From contig OZ242318.1 in NCBI GenBank assembly GCA_965208105.1, forward strand, positions 736,001-800,000: 64,000 nt of DNA, in the 5' to 3' direction. The DNA is from Candidatus Latescibacterota bacterium (GTDB taxonomy: Bacteria > Latescibacterota > UBA2968 > UBA8231). Shown one piece after another: positions 62,960-64,000 of the stretch. The translations under genes and the position numbers were made by a program. Every line of letters begins with the position of its first letter. Positions within the stretch are counted from its first letter, which is position 1. The notes beneath the pieces are model-generated. The model saw only the letters and a program-made list of their open reading frames with translations. It was not told where the DNA came from and made no database searches.

Positions 62960-64000
62960 ATGAGCTCATCGCCCAGTCCCGATTTTGCCTCACCCGGCGA
63001 TATCGCCGCGCGGCAGGGCGAGCGCTGGCGCGAGCAGCGCCGCTATGTGCTCGCGCACTCGCCGTTCTTCAAATCGCTGTGGTCCACCCAAAGAGTTCCG
63101 CTGTGTCTCGAAGACCTGCCGTCACTGCCGCTTTGCGACAAGGAGATGTTGCGGCGCAGTCAGGCCGAGACGCCTCCCTTCGGCGACTATCTGGCAGCCC
63201 CGGACCAGGCGGTGATTCGCGTTCACCGGACCTCTGGAACGACCGGCGTGCCGATGAATCTGGCATTGAGCGCCGCCGATGCCGAGCAAACGGCAGAGGT
63301 GGGGGCGCGCGCGCAACGGGCCGCCGGATTGGGGCCGGGGCATCGCGTCGTTCACTGCCTCAACTACCAGCTGTGGATCGGCGGCCTCACCGATCACACC
63401 ACCCTGGAGATGACGGGTGCGGCGGTCATACCGTTTGGGGTCGGCAACAGCGAGTTGTTGATACGCTCCATACGGGATTTGGGCGTCACCGCGATTTCGT
63501 GCACCCCGTCATACCCCATGGTGTTGGAGCGGACCATCGAAAAGCACTTCCCCGAGTTGTCCCCATCCGAACTGGGCCTGCAACTGGGGCTTTTCGGCGG
63601 CGAAGCAGGGTTGGACAACGATAGTTTCCGCGCCCGCCTGGAGGCGACCTGGGGATTCAAGGCGCGCAATGCCAACTACGGGGTTTCCGACGCGCTCTGT
63701 AACTTTGCAGGTCAGTGTGAGCACTCGAACGATCTCCATTTTGTCGCTCCCGACCTGCTCTATCCAGAGCTGATCGACCCGGATTCGGCAGAGTCCTTGC
63801 CCTGGAAGGAAGGAGTCGAGGGAGAGCTTGTGCTTACCCACCTGGCGAGGGAATGCCAACCGCTGGTGCGTTTCCGCACCGCCGACATTATCGCCATCAC
63901 CAGCACCTGGCCCTGTGCTTGCGGCCGCACCGTGCCCCGGTTCAGGGTGACGGGACGCAGCGACGACATGGTGGTAGTGCGGGGAATCAACGTCTTCCCG
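62960..64000 (+). CDS. phenylacetate-CoA ligase family protein (3'-partial; absent from the ORF track)
   Basis: Hand translation from ATG 62960 gives HRTSGTTG, CTPSY, GGEAG, GELVLT, PLVRFRTAD, GRSDDM.VVRG.NVFP. Confidence 0.88.
   Translation, partial: MSSSPSPDFASPGDIAARQGERWREQRRYVLAHSPFFKSLWSTQRVPLCLEDLPSLPLCDKEMLRRSQAETPPFGDYLAAPDQAVIRVHRTSGTTGVPMNLALSAADAEQTAEVGARAQRAAGLGPGHRVVHCLNYQLWIGGLTDHTTLEMTGAAVIPFGVGNSELLIRSIRDLGVTAISCTPSYPMVLERTIEKHFPELSPSELGLQLGLFGGEAGLDNDSFRARLEATWGFKARNANYGVSDALCNFAGQCEHSNDLHFVAPDLLYPELIDPDSAESLPWKEGVEGELVLTHLARECQPLVRFRTADIIAITSTWPCACGRTVPRFRVTGRSDDMVVVRGINVFP

Overview
GC-rich bacterial chromosomal window. The gene content (three PhyH dioxygenases, two Gfo/Idh/MocA enzymes, a sialidase-like protein, a TonB receptor, DUF5777) fits a diderm such as Latescibacterota/FCB; this is inference only. 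The first ~28 kb is mostly core genes: trxB, a Mo-hydroxylase large subunit, an Ig-repeat surface protein, an rsfS-mtnA-SPOR-mltD-mreD-mrdA-rodA-TPR operon, nfuA, parA and mazG. It is interrupted by a CTAG-targeted stack of MITE/IS630/MITE elements and by a divergent pair of sensor-less sigma54 activators. The remaining ~36 kb is an accessory mosaic with gene remnants (arsC, rtcB, frameshifted cyanophycinase). Main candidates for novelty: (1) an ECF sigma factor fused to domains II+III of a DNA polymerase III beta sliding clamp, with an internal in-frame SD/ATG; (2) a rod-shaped ~110-nt ncRNA candidate bounded by a promoter and terminator; (3) stop-codon-preserving transposon stacking at CTAG; (4) three unannotated small ORFs with expression signals; (5) a voltage-gated channel with a TGGYAD filter and an extracellular GGxGY-repeat insert. 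All calls are by eye from motifs; no database searches were run.
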